Shown here: positions 1 to 9,607 of the stretch, piece after piece
Numbering within the stretch: position 1 is the first letter of the stretch
Layout: the number at the start of each line of letters is the position of its first letter
Assembly (NCBI GenBank): GCA_040387855.1
Contig: JAZKCY010000001.1
Span: 104,396 to 168,395, forward strand
Reading direction: 5' to 3'
Origin: Patescibacteria group bacterium
GTDB taxonomy: Bacteria > Patescibacteriota > Minisyncoccia > Phycocordibacterales > JAKAEA01
DNA: 64,000 bases
Translations under genes and position numbers: made by a program
Notes under the pieces: model-generated
Seen by the model: the letters and a program-made list of their open reading frames with translations, nothing else
What the model was told of the DNA's origin: nothing
The model's database searches: none

Positions 1-61
1 GTGAAGATGAGGAAACTATAATTGCCTCGTTTAGAAAATCTAAATAATTTCTTTAAGAAAA

Positions 62-90
62 CTTTATCTCGAAAGAGATAAAGTTTTTCG
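62..90 (+). terminator. rho-independent terminator for an upstream + strand gene
   Basis: Perfect hairpin CTTTATCTC-GAAA-GAGATAAAG followed by a TTTTT run. Confidence 0.5.
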
Positions 91-91
91 T

Positions 92-1612
92 ATGAGGCAC
101 TCGTTATTGCTTCCAGTAATTTTTGGATTCATCTCTGGTGTACTCATTCGTTCGTTTGTTCGCATAGAGAATGGTGTGTGTTTTATTTCGGTCGGCATAT
201 CTATATTAATTTTGATATGGATGTATTTTACGCATCAAATTCACGAACGACGAAATGTAAAAGTTTATTCGCACACGTCGCTCATCATTGCGTTGGTGAT
301 GAGTGCGTGTATTGGAATAGTTCGGTACAACATTTTTGAACATGACAGTGGTGATGCTGTTTTGAAAAGTTTTGTTGAACAGAAAATAGAAGGGAAGGGA
401 GTAGTTGTGAGTGATCCAGAAGAGAGAAGCACATCAGTTAGACTTATTTTAGAGTTACGAGAATTGGGTCAAGAAAAACTGATAAAGCCGACAAAGATTC
501 TTGTTTCAGATTTTCCATACTCACGTGTCGCATATGGTGACGAAGTTCAGATTAAGGGGGTGCTTCAAGAGCCTGAAAATTTTGAAGGAGATACAGGCAG
601 AGAATTTAACTACATTTCTTTTTTAGCAAAAGATAAAATATTTTACATCATGCCTCAAAGTCAGGTGGAAATTATTTCTCATGATAATGGAAATGCTGTT
701 GCCAGTTGGCTACTAGCACTCAAGAAAAAATATATACATTCGATTGACCAAGCAATACCATTTCCCGAATCGCGACTTGGAGCAGGAATCACCATCGCAG
801 GCAAACGAGCACTACCAAAGTCAGTGGAAGAAGATTTTCAAAAATCCGGAACACTTCAAGTAGTTGTACTTTCTGGATACAACATGACGATCGTTGCCGA
901 AGGAATTATGATCATCTGTGCTTCACTACCTTTTATTATTGCTTCTTCACTTGGGATTCTTGGAATCGTGTTATTCACCATTATGGCGGGAGCATCTGCT
1001 ACCGTGGTGCGAGGTGCAGTGATGGCAATCTTAGTAGTATTCTCAAAACTTTTTCATCGACGTTACACAGTCACTCGGGCACTGTGTATTACTGGATGCG
1101 GCATGGTTGTAGTAAACCCGATGCTTCTCGTATTCGATCCATCATTTCAATTATCGTTTCTTGCTACTATCGGGCTCATCTATGTTTCACCAATTGTTGA
1201 GAAACACATGCATTGGGTTACAGAACGTTATAAATTGCGAGAAATCAGTACTGCCACAATTGCAGCTCAATTATTTGTTACACCGTTTCTTCTGTATACA
1301 TCAGGAGTGTTTAGCGTAGTTTCATTACCTGCAAATGTTCTGCTTACGTTAGTTATTCCACTTACTATGCTCGTATGTTTCATAACAGGTATGGTGGGTA
1401 TGTTTGTTCCGTTACTCGCAACGTTACTTGGGTATCTCGCATTTGTCTTTTTAAGATACACTCTCACAACAGTGCACATATTTGCGGCACTTCCGTTTGC
1501 ATCCGTTACTCTTCCATTCTTCCCTTTGTGGTTACTAGTAGTGTCATATGGTTGTTACGCAGTGATCATAAAAAAGTTTTACGAAAATGTAGCTCGGGAT
1601 GAAACATACTAA
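92..1612 (+). CDS. comEC: ComEC/Rec2 competence protein, N-terminal membrane part (DUF4131 plus competence domain); the MBL domain is encoded separately
   Basis: 506 aa polytopic membrane protein with an N-terminal DUF4131-like region followed by a multi-TM competence-domain-like region. No MBL motif is present in this ORF. Confidence 0.6.
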   Translation: MRHSLLLPVIFGFISGVLIRSFVRIENGVCFISVGISILILIWMYFTHQIHERRNVKVYSHTSLIIALVMSACIGIVRYNIFEHDSGDAVLKSFVEQKIEGKGVVVSDPEERSTSVRLILELRELGQEKLIKPTKILVSDFPYSRVAYGDEVQIKGVLQEPENFEGDTGREFNYISFLAKDKIFYIMPQSQVEIISHDNGNAVASWLLALKKKYIHSIDQAIPFPESRLGAGITIAGKRALPKSVEEDFQKSGTLQVVVLSGYNMTIVAEGIMIICASLPFIIASSLGILGIVLFTIMAGASATVVRGAVMAILVVFSKLFHRRYTVTRALCITGCGMVVVNPMLLVFDPSFQLSFLATIGLIYVSPIVEKHMHWVTERYKLREISTATIAAQLFVTPFLLYTSGVFSVVSLPANVLLTLVIPLTMLVCFITGMVGMFVPLLATLLGYLAFVFLRYTLTTVHIFAALPFASVTLPFFPLWLLVVSYGCYAVIIKKFYENVARDETY

Positions 1613-1640
1613 TCAATGTTTTTCTTCACAAAAAAAATTG

Positions 1641-1771
1641 GTCGGGGGAGAGGTGAAAAATAAATAGATGGCTAATATAAACAAAATAAACTTTTGATAA
1701 AGAAAACATAAAGTGATGTGTAACGGTACTCACAACTATCCATAAAAATACAAAATGTCGGGGGAGGGGGT
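1641..1771. repeat. two G-rich direct repeats GTCGGGGGAG(A/G)GGTG, about 116 bp apart, in an AT-rich intergenic region
   Basis: One copy at 1641-1654 and one at 1757-1771, read directly from the sequence. Confidence 0.5.
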
Positions 1772-1794
1772 GCTAAGTGCCGTGTGACATAAAA

Positions 1795-1829
1795 AAACAG
1801 ACGCCCCTCATCATGAGGAGCATCTGTTT
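1795..1829 (-). terminator. rho-independent terminator of sod
   Basis: Inverted repeat AAACAGA...TCTGTTT enclosing GC-rich arms. On the minus strand it is followed by a T-run. Confidence 0.5.
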
Positions 1830-1855
1830 GGTTACACAGCAGTTGTGTAACTTGT

Positions 1856-2452
1856 TTAGGCTTGTGATGCCTTCTTAAAGTTTTCTTCAATAATTTCCCA
1901 ATTAAGATTTTCGAAAAACGCATCAACATATTTTGCTTTTGCTGTTTGATAGTCTAGATAGAAAGAGTGTTCCCACATATCGAGGCCGAGTACGAGGGGA
2001 AGGCCATTGAGCTGACCAAGGTGCTGCTCATCAACCCATGCGTGTGTGAGCTGCTGCATGTGAGGATCCCAGTACAACATTGCCCAACCGATTCCTCTTG
2101 TCATAGCAATTGCCTTAAAGCCGACAAGCCATGCATCAAATGAGGGAGCTTGTTTCTCGATCTGAGATTTTAGGAGTGATCCTTGAGGTAGAGGTTTTGC
2201 TCCTCCTTCAAGAGACTTAAAATAATATTCGTGATTTCGAAGTCCATTGAACTCGAAACTAAAACGTCGCTGGAGTTCACTGAGGACATAGGCATTTTTT
2301 TCTGAGTCACTCATGTATTCACCAATCTTGGTAAGGATGAGGTTTGCATGTTTTACATACCCTGCGTAGAGCTTCAAATGCTCCTCAATGTTTTTTGCTG
2401 AGATTCCTTTCAATTCACCGATACTGAATTTTTGTTCTTGGTACTGATTCAT
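1856..2452 (-). CDS. sodA: Fe/Mn superoxide dismutase
   Basis: Contains the DMWEHSFYLDYQ signature and the Fe/Mn-SOD fold motifs. 198 aa. Confidence 0.85.
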   Translation of the reverse strand: MNQYQEQKFSIGELKGISAKNIEEHLKLYAGYVKHANLILTKIGEYMSDSEKNAYVLSELQRRFSFEFNGLRNHEYYFKSLEGGAKPLPQGSLLKSQIEKQAPSFDAWLVGFKAIAMTRGIGWAMLYWDPHMQQLTHAWVDEQHLGQLNGLPLVLGLDMWEHSFYLDYQTAKAKYVDAFFENLNWEIIEENFKKASQA

Positions 2453-2570
2453 GTGCGTGAGCTAATTGGTAATGGGTATATCCTAACAGACTCTCACAAG
2501 AAAGAATACTTTCACTTTTATTTTTTAAAAAATGTGATATCCTCGCACAGAGGGGAATCACTTCACGTTC

Positions 2571-2867
2571 TTGGGAGATAGGATGTCTCTACCACATACC
2601 GACGACCGTTCATTTCGGCTCAATGCCTGGTCATTGGCACTCCTAGCGAGTGCAACCAAACGCGAGCGACACGGCAGCTTCGATGTTTGCGGTGAAGGAA
2701 AAGAAGATCTCTTCACCTATAAACTCGAGGATGGCCGTGAAGTTCACGAACTTGTGACCACGCCATCAACGCAGGGACCGCTCGCAATTATCGGACTCTT
2801 CGATGCGAACGGTAGGTTGATAGAAGAGTCGACAACTTGGTCTCAGACCACAAACTCTCACGCCTAG
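2571..2867 (+). CDS. small hypothetical protein with elevated GC (about 52%)
   Basis: 98 aa ORF whose composition differs from its neighbours. It is followed immediately by a terminator hairpin that contains its stop codon. Confidence 0.4.
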   Translation: MGDRMSLPHTDDRSFRLNAWSLALLASATKRERHGSFDVCGEGKEDLFTYKLEDGREVHELVTTPSTQGPLAIIGLFDANGRLIEESTTWSQTTNSHA

Positions 2868-2888
2868 GCGTGAGCTTTTTTATTTTTT
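2856..2888 (+). terminator. rho-independent terminator
   Basis: Hairpin CTCACGCC-TAG-GCGTGAG with the TAG stop in the loop, followed by TTTTTTATTTTTT. Confidence 0.6.
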
Positions 2889-2916
2889 CTTCATCTCCAT
2901 TTTTTATACTTAGTGA

Positions 2917-3783
2917 GTGAATACATTAAAAGAATACTCAAGAATAATTTTTGTAAGCCTTTTATTACTTTCAAATATTTTTATTTGGTATGTCTATCTG
3001 TGTGAAAGAAATTCTGGAGAGGTGACAGTATCGTTTTTAAATATTGGACAGGGTGATGCAATCTACATCCAGTCGCCAACAGGTAATCAAATTATGATTG
3101 ATGGTGGACCACCTCATGCAGTGCTTGGAGAATTAAGAAAAGTAATTCCATTTTATGATCGGTCACTCGATATGCTTTTAGTAACCAATCCTGACACCGA
3201 TCACTATGCAGGATTCATCGATGTACTAAAAGGATATGATGTGAAATATGTTGCAGAGCCAGGAACATATTCACCCTCACAAACATATAAAGTTTTTAAA
3301 GAAGAAGTCGCACATGAACATGCTTCAACCACACTCCTGAAAAGAAATATGATTATCCATTTGGGAGGAGGAGCAGATCTTCACATTTTGTATCCAGATA
3401 AAGATGTCTCAAAAGAGACAACTAATGATGGGTCAGTCCTTGCAAAATTAGTGTATAAAAATAATGAAATTATGTTCACTGGTGATGCTCCAAAAAGTTC
3501 TGAAGAATATTTAGTAAGTTTAAATCCACATGATTTAAAAAGCGATGTGCTTAAAGTCGGTCACCATGGTTCTAAGACATCGTCATCAGAGAAATTTGTA
3601 GAGGCTATTAATCCTAGGTTCGCAATAATTTCAGCAGGAGAGAAAAATAGGTACGGACATCCGCATTCTGAGACAACTGATGTTTTTAAAAAACTCGGTG
3701 TGCCTGTTTTCGGTACTTATGAGCATGGAATGATTACCTTAAAACTTGATGGAATAAACGTTGCGACATCATTTGAGAAATAA
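2917..3783 (+). CDS. ComEC/Rec2-type metallo-beta-lactamase domain protein (the C-terminal ComEC module as a separate gene)
   Basis: N-terminal TM helix, then LNIGQGDAIYIQSP and HHGS motifs typical of the ComEC MBL domain. Confidence 0.7.
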   Translation: MNTLKEYSRIIFVSLLLLSNIFIWYVYLCERNSGEVTVSFLNIGQGDAIYIQSPTGNQIMIDGGPPHAVLGELRKVIPFYDRSLDMLLVTNPDTDHYAGFIDVLKGYDVKYVAEPGTYSPSQTYKVFKEEVAHEHASTTLLKRNMIIHLGGGADLHILYPDKDVSKETTNDGSVLAKLVYKNNEIMFTGDAPKSSEEYLVSLNPHDLKSDVLKVGHHGSKTSSSEKFVEAINPRFAIISAGEKNRYGHPHSETTDVFKKLGVPVFGTYEHGMITLKLDGINVATSFEK

Positions 3784-3806
3784 AAAGATGAGCGTATAGT
3801 TATGGA

Positions 3807-4112
3807 ATGGAACGCTATCAACAAGAACTTGATCAATGGTTTAAAGATAATAAGTGGGACTACTGGAAGCCACATGAGATATTAGCGCGGCTCTTTGAAG
3901 AAGGAGGTGAATTCGCTCGATTAGTAAATCACACGTATGGTCCCAAAAAGAAAAAGGCTACTGAGCTAGAGCAAGATGTCGAAGAAGAGTTGGGTGATAT
4001 TATCTATACACTAATTTGCTATGCAAATAGTCATAACATTAATTTAGATACTGCTATTCGGAAAAGCTTTGATAAAGTTATTACACGAGATAAAGATAGA
4101 TATTCACAATAA
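3807..4112 (+). CDS. MazG-like nucleotide pyrophosphohydrolase
   Basis: 101 aa all-alpha protein carrying the EExGE..ELGD MazG motifs. Confidence 0.6.
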   Translation: MERYQQELDQWFKDNKWDYWKPHEILARLFEEGGEFARLVNHTYGPKKKKATELEQDVEEELGDIIYTLICYANSHNINLDTAIRKSFDKVITRDKDRYSQ

Positions 4113-4122
4113 TTTAGCCAAC

Positions 4123-4150
4123 AAAAAATCCCCGGAGAGGGGATTTTTTG
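4123..4150. terminator. bidirectional rho-independent terminator (mazG-like + strand / rpmB - strand)
   Basis: Hairpin AAAAAATCCCCGGAGAGGGGATTTTTTG flanked by an A-run on one side and a T-run on the other. Confidence 0.6.
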
Positions 4151-4156
4151 TTTCTT

Positions 4157-4399
4157 CTATAATACTCCTGCTTTCTTAAGTGTTGCGTATGCTCCGTTCT
4201 TGTTGATCGTCTTGATTGCTTTAGTTGAAAGGGTCAAGATGATGTGTTTATTCATTTCAGGAATAAAGATCTTCTTCTTTTGAAGGTTTGGGTACTTTCG
4301 TACTTTTCCAGTTGGATTGTACTGAGTTGCTCGAGTTCGGTTAGAGTATCCTCCACCCATTCGAGATCCTATTTTCATTACGGGACAAGTCTTTGCCAT
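4157..4399 (-). CDS. rpmB: 50S ribosomal protein L28
   Basis: 80 aa, with MAKTCPV...PNLQKK...LSTKAIKTI matching L28. Confidence 0.8.
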   Translation of the reverse strand: MAKTCPVMKIGSRMGGGYSNRTRATQYNPTGKVRKYPNLQKKKIFIPEMNKHIILTLSTKAIKTINKNGAYATLKKAGVL

Positions 4400-4461
4400 A
4401 TATGTGGTAAGTTAGTGCAAATGATAGTATCATGAGGTTATAAATAACGCAAGACAGAGCA

Positions 4462-5067
4462 ATGGAATTAATCATTATTTACATCATTATCGTTTTAATG
4501 TCGGTTGTCATTCACGAAGTAGCTCACGGCTATGCTGCTGATGTGCAGGGAGATCCCACAGCAAAATACGAAGGTCGACTTACGTTAAATCCATTAAAAC
4601 ACTTAGATCCGATAGGTTCTGTGCTTGTTCCAATTGTTACTAGTATTGCAGGGTTTCCTTTTGGTTGGGCAAAACCGGTACCTTATAACCCTTATAACCT
4701 CAGGAATCAGCGATGGGGAGAGCTTTTTGTGGCTCTAGCTGGGCCATTATCTAATATTCTCATAGCATTGTTTTTTGTAGTCTTTATACGATTAGAGATT
4801 GGCAATATAGTATTTATGAGTCTTGCTCAACAAATTATCATTGTGAACCTTGGTTTGGCGCTGTTTAATATGATTCCCATTCCACCACTTGATGGCTCAA
4901 AGGTGCTTTTTGCATTTCTACCATTTAAATGGATGCATATCCGCCGACAGCTTGAACAATATTCAATGATTTTGATCCTTATACTGATTCTTGTCCCTAC
5001 ATTTGGAAATATCCTTGGATCTGCTATACTTTACCTAACACAGGTGTTAACAGGATTGAATCTGTAG
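4462..5067 (+). CDS. site-2 protease family (M50) zinc metalloprotease
   Basis: HEVAH (HExxH) motif in a TM segment, plus a PPLDGS (NPDG-like) motif. The protein is polytopic. Confidence 0.7.
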   Translation: MELIIIYIIIVLMSVVIHEVAHGYAADVQGDPTAKYEGRLTLNPLKHLDPIGSVLVPIVTSIAGFPFGWAKPVPYNPYNLRNQRWGELFVALAGPLSNILIALFFVVFIRLEIGNIVFMSLAQQIIIVNLGLALFNMIPIPPLDGSKVLFAFLPFKWMHIRRQLEQYSMILILILILVPTFGNILGSAILYLTQVLTGLNL

Positions 5068-5139
5068 GCGTATTTTAAAGCAGTTTGCTTGCTTTTTTAA
5101 ATCGCCTGTAGTACAGTACTGTCTACATTTTTAATAAAT

Positions 5140-5553
5140 ATGCCAACAGTAAATCAACTCATCAAACGAAACCGACAGAAGGTTGTGCGAAAGCCAAAAG
5201 CTATTGCATTACAACGTTCTTTCAACACGATTAAGAACCGACCTGTATATTTCCCATCTCCTTTTAAGCGAGGTGTATGCACAAAGGTAACAACAAAGAC
5301 TCCTAAGAAGCCTAACTCAGCGGTTCGAAAGATTGCCCGAGTACGACTTACCAACGGAATGGAAGTTACAGCCTACATTCCAGGAGAAGGACACAACCTT
5401 CAGGAACACTCAGTAGTATTACTTCGAGGAGGAAAGGTAAAGGATGTTGGTATTCGATACACTATTGTTCGAGGCGTTCTCGATACTGCAGGCGTTGAAA
5501 AGCGACGAAAGGAGCGATCAGCATACGGAACTAAGAAGCCTAAGACTAAATAA
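5140..5553 (+). CDS. rpsL: 30S ribosomal protein S12
   Basis: MPTVNQLIK...PKKPNSA matches the S12 signature. Confidence 0.95.
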   Translation: MPTVNQLIKRNRQKVVRKPKAIALQRSFNTIKNRPVYFPSPFKRGVCTKVTTKTPKKPNSAVRKIARVRLTNGMEVTAYIPGEGHNLQEHSVVLLRGGKVKDVGIRYTIVRGVLDTAGVEKRRKERSAYGTKKPKTK

Positions 5554-5565
5554 CATTAATTAATC

Positions 5566-6036
5566 ATGCGACGAAAACTTAAAAAGAAGCATATTCTTCC
5601 ACCAGATCCTATCTATCACTCAGAAAAGGTTGCTAAATTGGTGAACTGCGTAATGGAAATGGGTAAGAAGAATGCAGCTCGAAAGATTGTCTACGGAGCT
5701 TTTGATGTTATTAAGGAAAAGGCTAAGGTAGAAGATCCACTTATCGTATTTGAAGAAGCGCTTCGAAACGTAGGACCAGCAATGGAAGTACGATCACGAC
5801 GAGTTGGAGGTGCAAACTACCAGGTTCCTCGAGAAGTTCGACCGGAACGAAAGCAAGCACTTGCTCTCCGATGGATTATCGACGCAGCACGAGGCAAAAA
5901 GGGCGCTCCTATGGCTCAAAAGCTCGCTGATGAACTCATTGCAGCATCAAAGAATGAAGGTGAAGCTATCAAGAAGCGTGAAAACACTATCAAGATGGCC
6001 GACGCTAACAAAGCATTCGCCCACTTTGCTTGGTAA
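5566..6036 (+). CDS. rpsG: 30S ribosomal protein S7
   Basis: 156 aa S7 family protein located immediately after rpsL. Confidence 0.95.
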   Translation: MRRKLKKKHILPPDPIYHSEKVAKLVNCVMEMGKKNAARKIVYGAFDVIKEKAKVEDPLIVFEEALRNVGPAMEVRSRRVGGANYQVPREVRPERKQALALRWIIDAARGKKGAPMAQKLADELIAASKNEGEAIKKRENTIKMADANKAFAHFAW

Positions 6037-6063
6037 TCTCCTGAAATTTAGATATCCCCACAC

Positions 6064-6090
6064 AAAACCCCGATTTCTCGGGGTTTTGTT
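6064..6090 (+). terminator. rho-independent terminator after rpsG
   Basis: AAAACCCCGA-TTTCT-CGGGGTTTTG hairpin followed by a T-run. Confidence 0.6.
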
Positions 6091-6101
6091 ATACTTGAGG
6101 T

Positions 6102-6428
6102 ATGAAAAACCTACCATTCCGCTATAAATTTGGATTAATTACATTAGCTCTGTACTTAATGATTGCTGGATTGCTGATAATCACTCATTTTGCGACGGTA
6201 CAAAACGTAGATGGATTAGGTGATTTCTCTATGGCAGGCTTCGTTCTACTAGTAATATCTCTTCCGGGAATACTTTTAGCTACAGGTTTTCCGTCTTTGG
6301 GTATTATTATGGGTGTTTTAGGTAATACTATTGCATATTTCTTGGTTGGATATGTAATTGGTTCAATTAATGATGTATTAAAAAAGCGAGAACTAACTTT
6401 AATTCGACAACCTGAGGATATAATATAG
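6102..6428 (+). CDS. small hypothetical membrane protein (3 TM) inserted between rpsG and fusA
   Basis: 108 aa hydrophobic ORF. The alternative-frame ORF 5804-6127 is treated as spurious. Confidence 0.4.
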   Translation: MKNLPFRYKFGLITLALYLMIAGLLIITHFATVQNVDGLGDFSMAGFVLLVISLPGILLATGFPSLGIIMGVLGNTIAYFLVGYVIGSINDVLKKRELTLIRQPEDII

Positions 6429-6509
6429 ACTTTTCGCTTTGTTTATATTACAATCACCCTTACTTATTAAGAGGCCACACCTCAAAATTTTTATTATCAA
6501 TCAGTTTAT

Positions 6510-8660
6510 ATGCAAAGAGACTATCCGTTAGAAAGAGTACGTAATTTCGGTATTATTGCCCACATCGACGCAGGTAAGACCACTACGTCAGAACGAATCT
6601 TGTTTTATACAGGAATGAGCCATAAAATCGGTGAAGTTCACGAAGGAGAAACAGTTACCGACTGGATGGAACAGGAACGAGAGCGAGGTATTACTATTAC
6701 CGCCGCTGCTATTACTTGTTTCTGGAATCCTTCATACATGGGAGATGATGTTTCAAAGAAGCATCGTTTCAATGTTATTGATACTCCTGGACATATCGAC
6801 TTTACCGCAGAAGTGAAGCGCTCATTGCGAGTACTCGACGGTGCCGTAGTGGTATTTGACGGTGTGGCAGGTGTAGAACCTCAATCAGAAACCAACTGGC
6901 GATATGCCGATGACGACAATGTGCCTCGAATCTGTTTCATCAACAAGCTTGATCGAATGGGTGCAAGTTTTGATCGATCATTCCAATCTATTATTGATCG
7001 ACTCAATCCAAACGCAGTTCGAGTTCAAATTCCAATTGGAACTGAATCAGATTTCGAAGCTGTTATCGACCTTCTCAAAATGAAGGCCTACTATTTCGAA
7101 GGAGATATGGGTATTAAGATCATCGAAAAAGAAATTCCTGAGGATTACAAGGCAGAAGCAGAGAAATATCGAGCTATTCTTGTTGAAAAGATTGCAGAAC
7201 AAGATGACGAGATGCTTACAGCATACCTTGATGGAAAAACTGACTTTCCTATTGATCAATTGAAAGCAGTTCTACGAAAGGCTTGCCTTCAGGTAAAGCT
7301 TATTCCGGTATTTACTGGATCTGCCCTTAAAAACAAGGGAGTTCAGCTTGTACTCGACGGAGTTGTCGATTATCTTCCAGGTCCAAAGGATGTTCCTCCA
7401 GTTCGAGGTCTTGATCCAAAGGATGGAACTACCGAAATCTTCCGAAACGCCTCAGATGAAGAACCTTTTGCCGCTCTTGCATTCAAACTTCAAAACGATC
7501 CATTCGTAGGTCAGCTTACCTTCTTCCGAGTATATTCAGGAACAATTGAAGCAGGATCTTATATTTACAACGCATCTACTGGAGATAAAGAGCGTTTAGG
7601 CCGAATTGTACGACTTCAAGCAGATAAGCGAGAAGAAGTGAAAAAAGTGTTTGCTGGAGAAATTGCCGCAGCCGTAGGTCTTAAAACTGCAAAAACTTCT
7701 CATACCTTCGCAGATGAAGCAAATCCTATTATTCTTGACCCTATTAAGTTCGTAGAACCTGTGGTTTCACAGCGAATCGAGCCTAAAACAAAGGCAGATC
7801 AGGAAAAGATGGGTACAGCTATGAAAAAGCTTTCTGACGAAGATCCAACCTTTAAGATCAGTTCAAATACAGAAACAGGAGAAACTATTATTTCAGGTAT
7901 GGGTGAATTGCACCTAGAAATCATGGTTGATCGAATGAAACGAGAATTCGGCGTAGAAGCAAACGTAGGTAAGCCACAAGTGGCATATCGAGAGACCATT
8001 ACTGGTACTTCAGAGGCTGAACACAAGTACATCAAACAGTCTGGAGGTAAAGGTCAGTACGGACACGTTCGAATCACTCTTAAGCCAATGGAGCCGCTTG
8101 TAGAGGGTGCTAAGATGCCAAAGAACGTAAAGCGATATGAAGACTTTGAATTCATCGATTCTATTAAGGGAGGAGTTATTCCACAGGAATTTATTCCTGC
8201 AGTAGAAAAGGGAGTGCACGAAGCTATGGATCGTGGAATTCTCGCAGGATTCAAGATGGTAAATGTTTCTTGTGAACTTACATTCGGTTCATACCACGAT
8301 GTGGACTCTTCAGAACTCGCATACAAGATTGCAGGATCTCAGGCCTTCCAAGACGGTGCAAAGCGTGCAAAACCTGTTATTTTGGAGCCTATTATGAAAG
8401 TAGTGGTTACAGTTCCACAAGAATTTTTTGGAGATATTACTGGAAGTCTTTCAGCAAAACGAGGTCTTATTGAAGGAGATACTGAGCGCCCAGGAGGACT
8501 TAAAGTTATTACTTCTAAAGTACCGCTTTCAGAAATGTTCGGATATGTAAGTCAGGTTCGATCAATGACCAAGGGACGAGGAAGTGTAGATATGGAATTT
8601 AGTAACTACGAAATCGTGCCAGGAAACGTAGAAAAGACTATTATCGAAGCTCGAAAATAG
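6510..8660 (+). CDS. fusA: elongation factor G
   Basis: N-terminal [10 protein letters not shown]-domain motif, 716 aa. Confidence 0.95.
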   Translation: MQRDYPLERVRNFGIIAHIDAGKTTTSERILFYTGMSHKIGEVHEGETVTDWMEQERERGITITAAAITCFWNPSYMGDDVSKKHRFNVIDTPGHIDFTAEVKRSLRVLDGAVVVFDGVAGVEPQSETNWRYADDDNVPRICFINKLDRMGASFDRSFQSIIDRLNPNAVRVQIPIGTESDFEAVIDLLKMKAYYFEGDMGIKIIEKEIPEDYKAEAEKYRAILVEKIAEQDDEMLTAYLDGKTDFPIDQLKAVLRKACLQVKLIPVFTGSALKNKGVQLVLDGVVDYLPGPKDVPPVRGLDPKDGTTEIFRNASDEEPFAALAFKLQNDPFVGQLTFFRVYSGTIEAGSYIYNASTGDKERLGRIVRLQADKREEVKKVFAGEIAAAVGLKTAKTSHTFADEANPIILDPIKFVEPVVSQRIEPKTKADQEKMGTAMKKLSDEDPTFKISSNTETGETIISGMGELHLEIMVDRMKREFGVEANVGKPQVAYRETITGTSEAEHKYIKQSGGKGQYGHVRITLKPMEPLVEGAKMPKNVKRYEDFEFIDSIKGGVIPQEFIPAVEKGVHEAMDRGILAGFKMVNVSCELTFGSYHDVDSSELAYKIAGSQAFQDGAKRAKPVILEPIMKVVVTVPQEFFGDITGSLSAKRGLIEGDTERPGGLKVITSKVPLSEMFGYVSQVRSMTKGRGSVDMEFSNYEIVPGNVEKTIIEARK

Positions 8661-8683
8661 TAAAAACTAAGTAAACAAATAAA

Positions 8684-8721
8684 AAACCACTCTAAGCAAG
8701 TCTGCTAAGGGTGGTTTTTTG
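8684..8721. terminator. bidirectional terminator (fusA + strand / 8724..9557 - strand)
   Basis: AAAAAACCACTCTAAGCAAGTCTGCTAAGGGTGGTTTTTT. Confidence 0.55.
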
Positions 8722-8723
8722 TA

Positions 8724-9557
8724 TTAAAGAGCGGGGAAGTGCTCGTGTAATTCGCTTGAATAGTAAAATTCTTGGGCTAATCCGCCAAAACTATAAGTTT
8801 TACCTAAGATATCAAGCTCTGCGCCTCCAATTTTAGGAGATGCATTTGGCTTAGAGTGCGAAAAGCCTATATTATAAAGGGTACTTACTATTCCCGGATT
8901 AGTAGAAATATCAAAGTTGGCCTTTTCCCATTGAGTAATGACCTGTTTGTTATAAAGAGCTGCATAAAGATAGCTATAATACCTACTGTTTTCATCAATA
9001 ATACGGCTAAAACGCTCTGTATTTATGTCATCTGTAGATGTTGCAGTAAAATCAAGTAGATTTTCATATGATGGCCCTAAATAATAAGGAGAACGTGTAT
9101 TCTTAAGGTTTTGCTCTATATGTATGGCCGTTTCTTGTTTAATGCCCATCACACCCCACGAAAACTGGCTTTGGTTACCCAAAAGTTTCAAAGGAGCAAA
9201 AACAGACTTAAAAATCTCACGTTCTGTATGAAAAAGGCGTAACTGCTCTACGGCGAGCTCTGCTACAAGCAATCGAGGGCTTGTATTTGATGCTTTAGCG
9301 GCTTTATTTATAGATTCTTTATCGCGAATAACTGCTTCTTTAAATACCTTCCATTCATCACCTTCCGCCCATTGTGGGGTATTTTGTGATGTGGGTGTAG
9401 AAGATGAAGTTTTAAAAAAAGTATCTTGTTGATCAATAATGCTTTTTGAGTTTGTCCATTGCCATTTAACGGCGAAATATCCTGCAACGAGTACAAAACC
9501 AATGAGTGCAAAGAGGTACACAAGTATAATCCATATTTTTCTTATCCACATATTCAA
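8724..9557 (-). CDS. hypothetical membrane-anchored (N-terminal TM) extracytoplasmic protein
   Basis: 277 aa with a single N-terminal TM helix. No recognisable family. Confidence 0.4.
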   Translation of the reverse strand: MNMWIRKIWIILVYLFALIGFVLVAGYFAVKWQWTNSKSIIDQQDTFFKTSSSTPTSQNTPQWAEGDEWKVFKEAVIRDKESINKAAKASNTSPRLLVAELAVEQLRLFHTEREIFKSVFAPLKLLGNQSQFSWGVMGIKQETAIHIEQNLKNTRSPYYLGPSYENLLDFTATSTDDINTERFSRIIDENSRYYSYLYAALYNKQVITQWEKANFDISTNPGIVSTLYNIGFSHSKPNASPKIGGAELDILGKTYSFGGLAQEFYYSSELHEHFPAL

Positions 9558-9607
9558 TAGTTGAGTTTCTTATTAGATGCTATGATTTTACTATTATACA
9601 TAATCAG

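Noticed and set aside
5804-6127. 107-aa ORF overlapping the 3' end of rpsG in another frame
   Set aside because: It lies within the well-supported rpsG gene and terminator region, and its composition is not coding-like.
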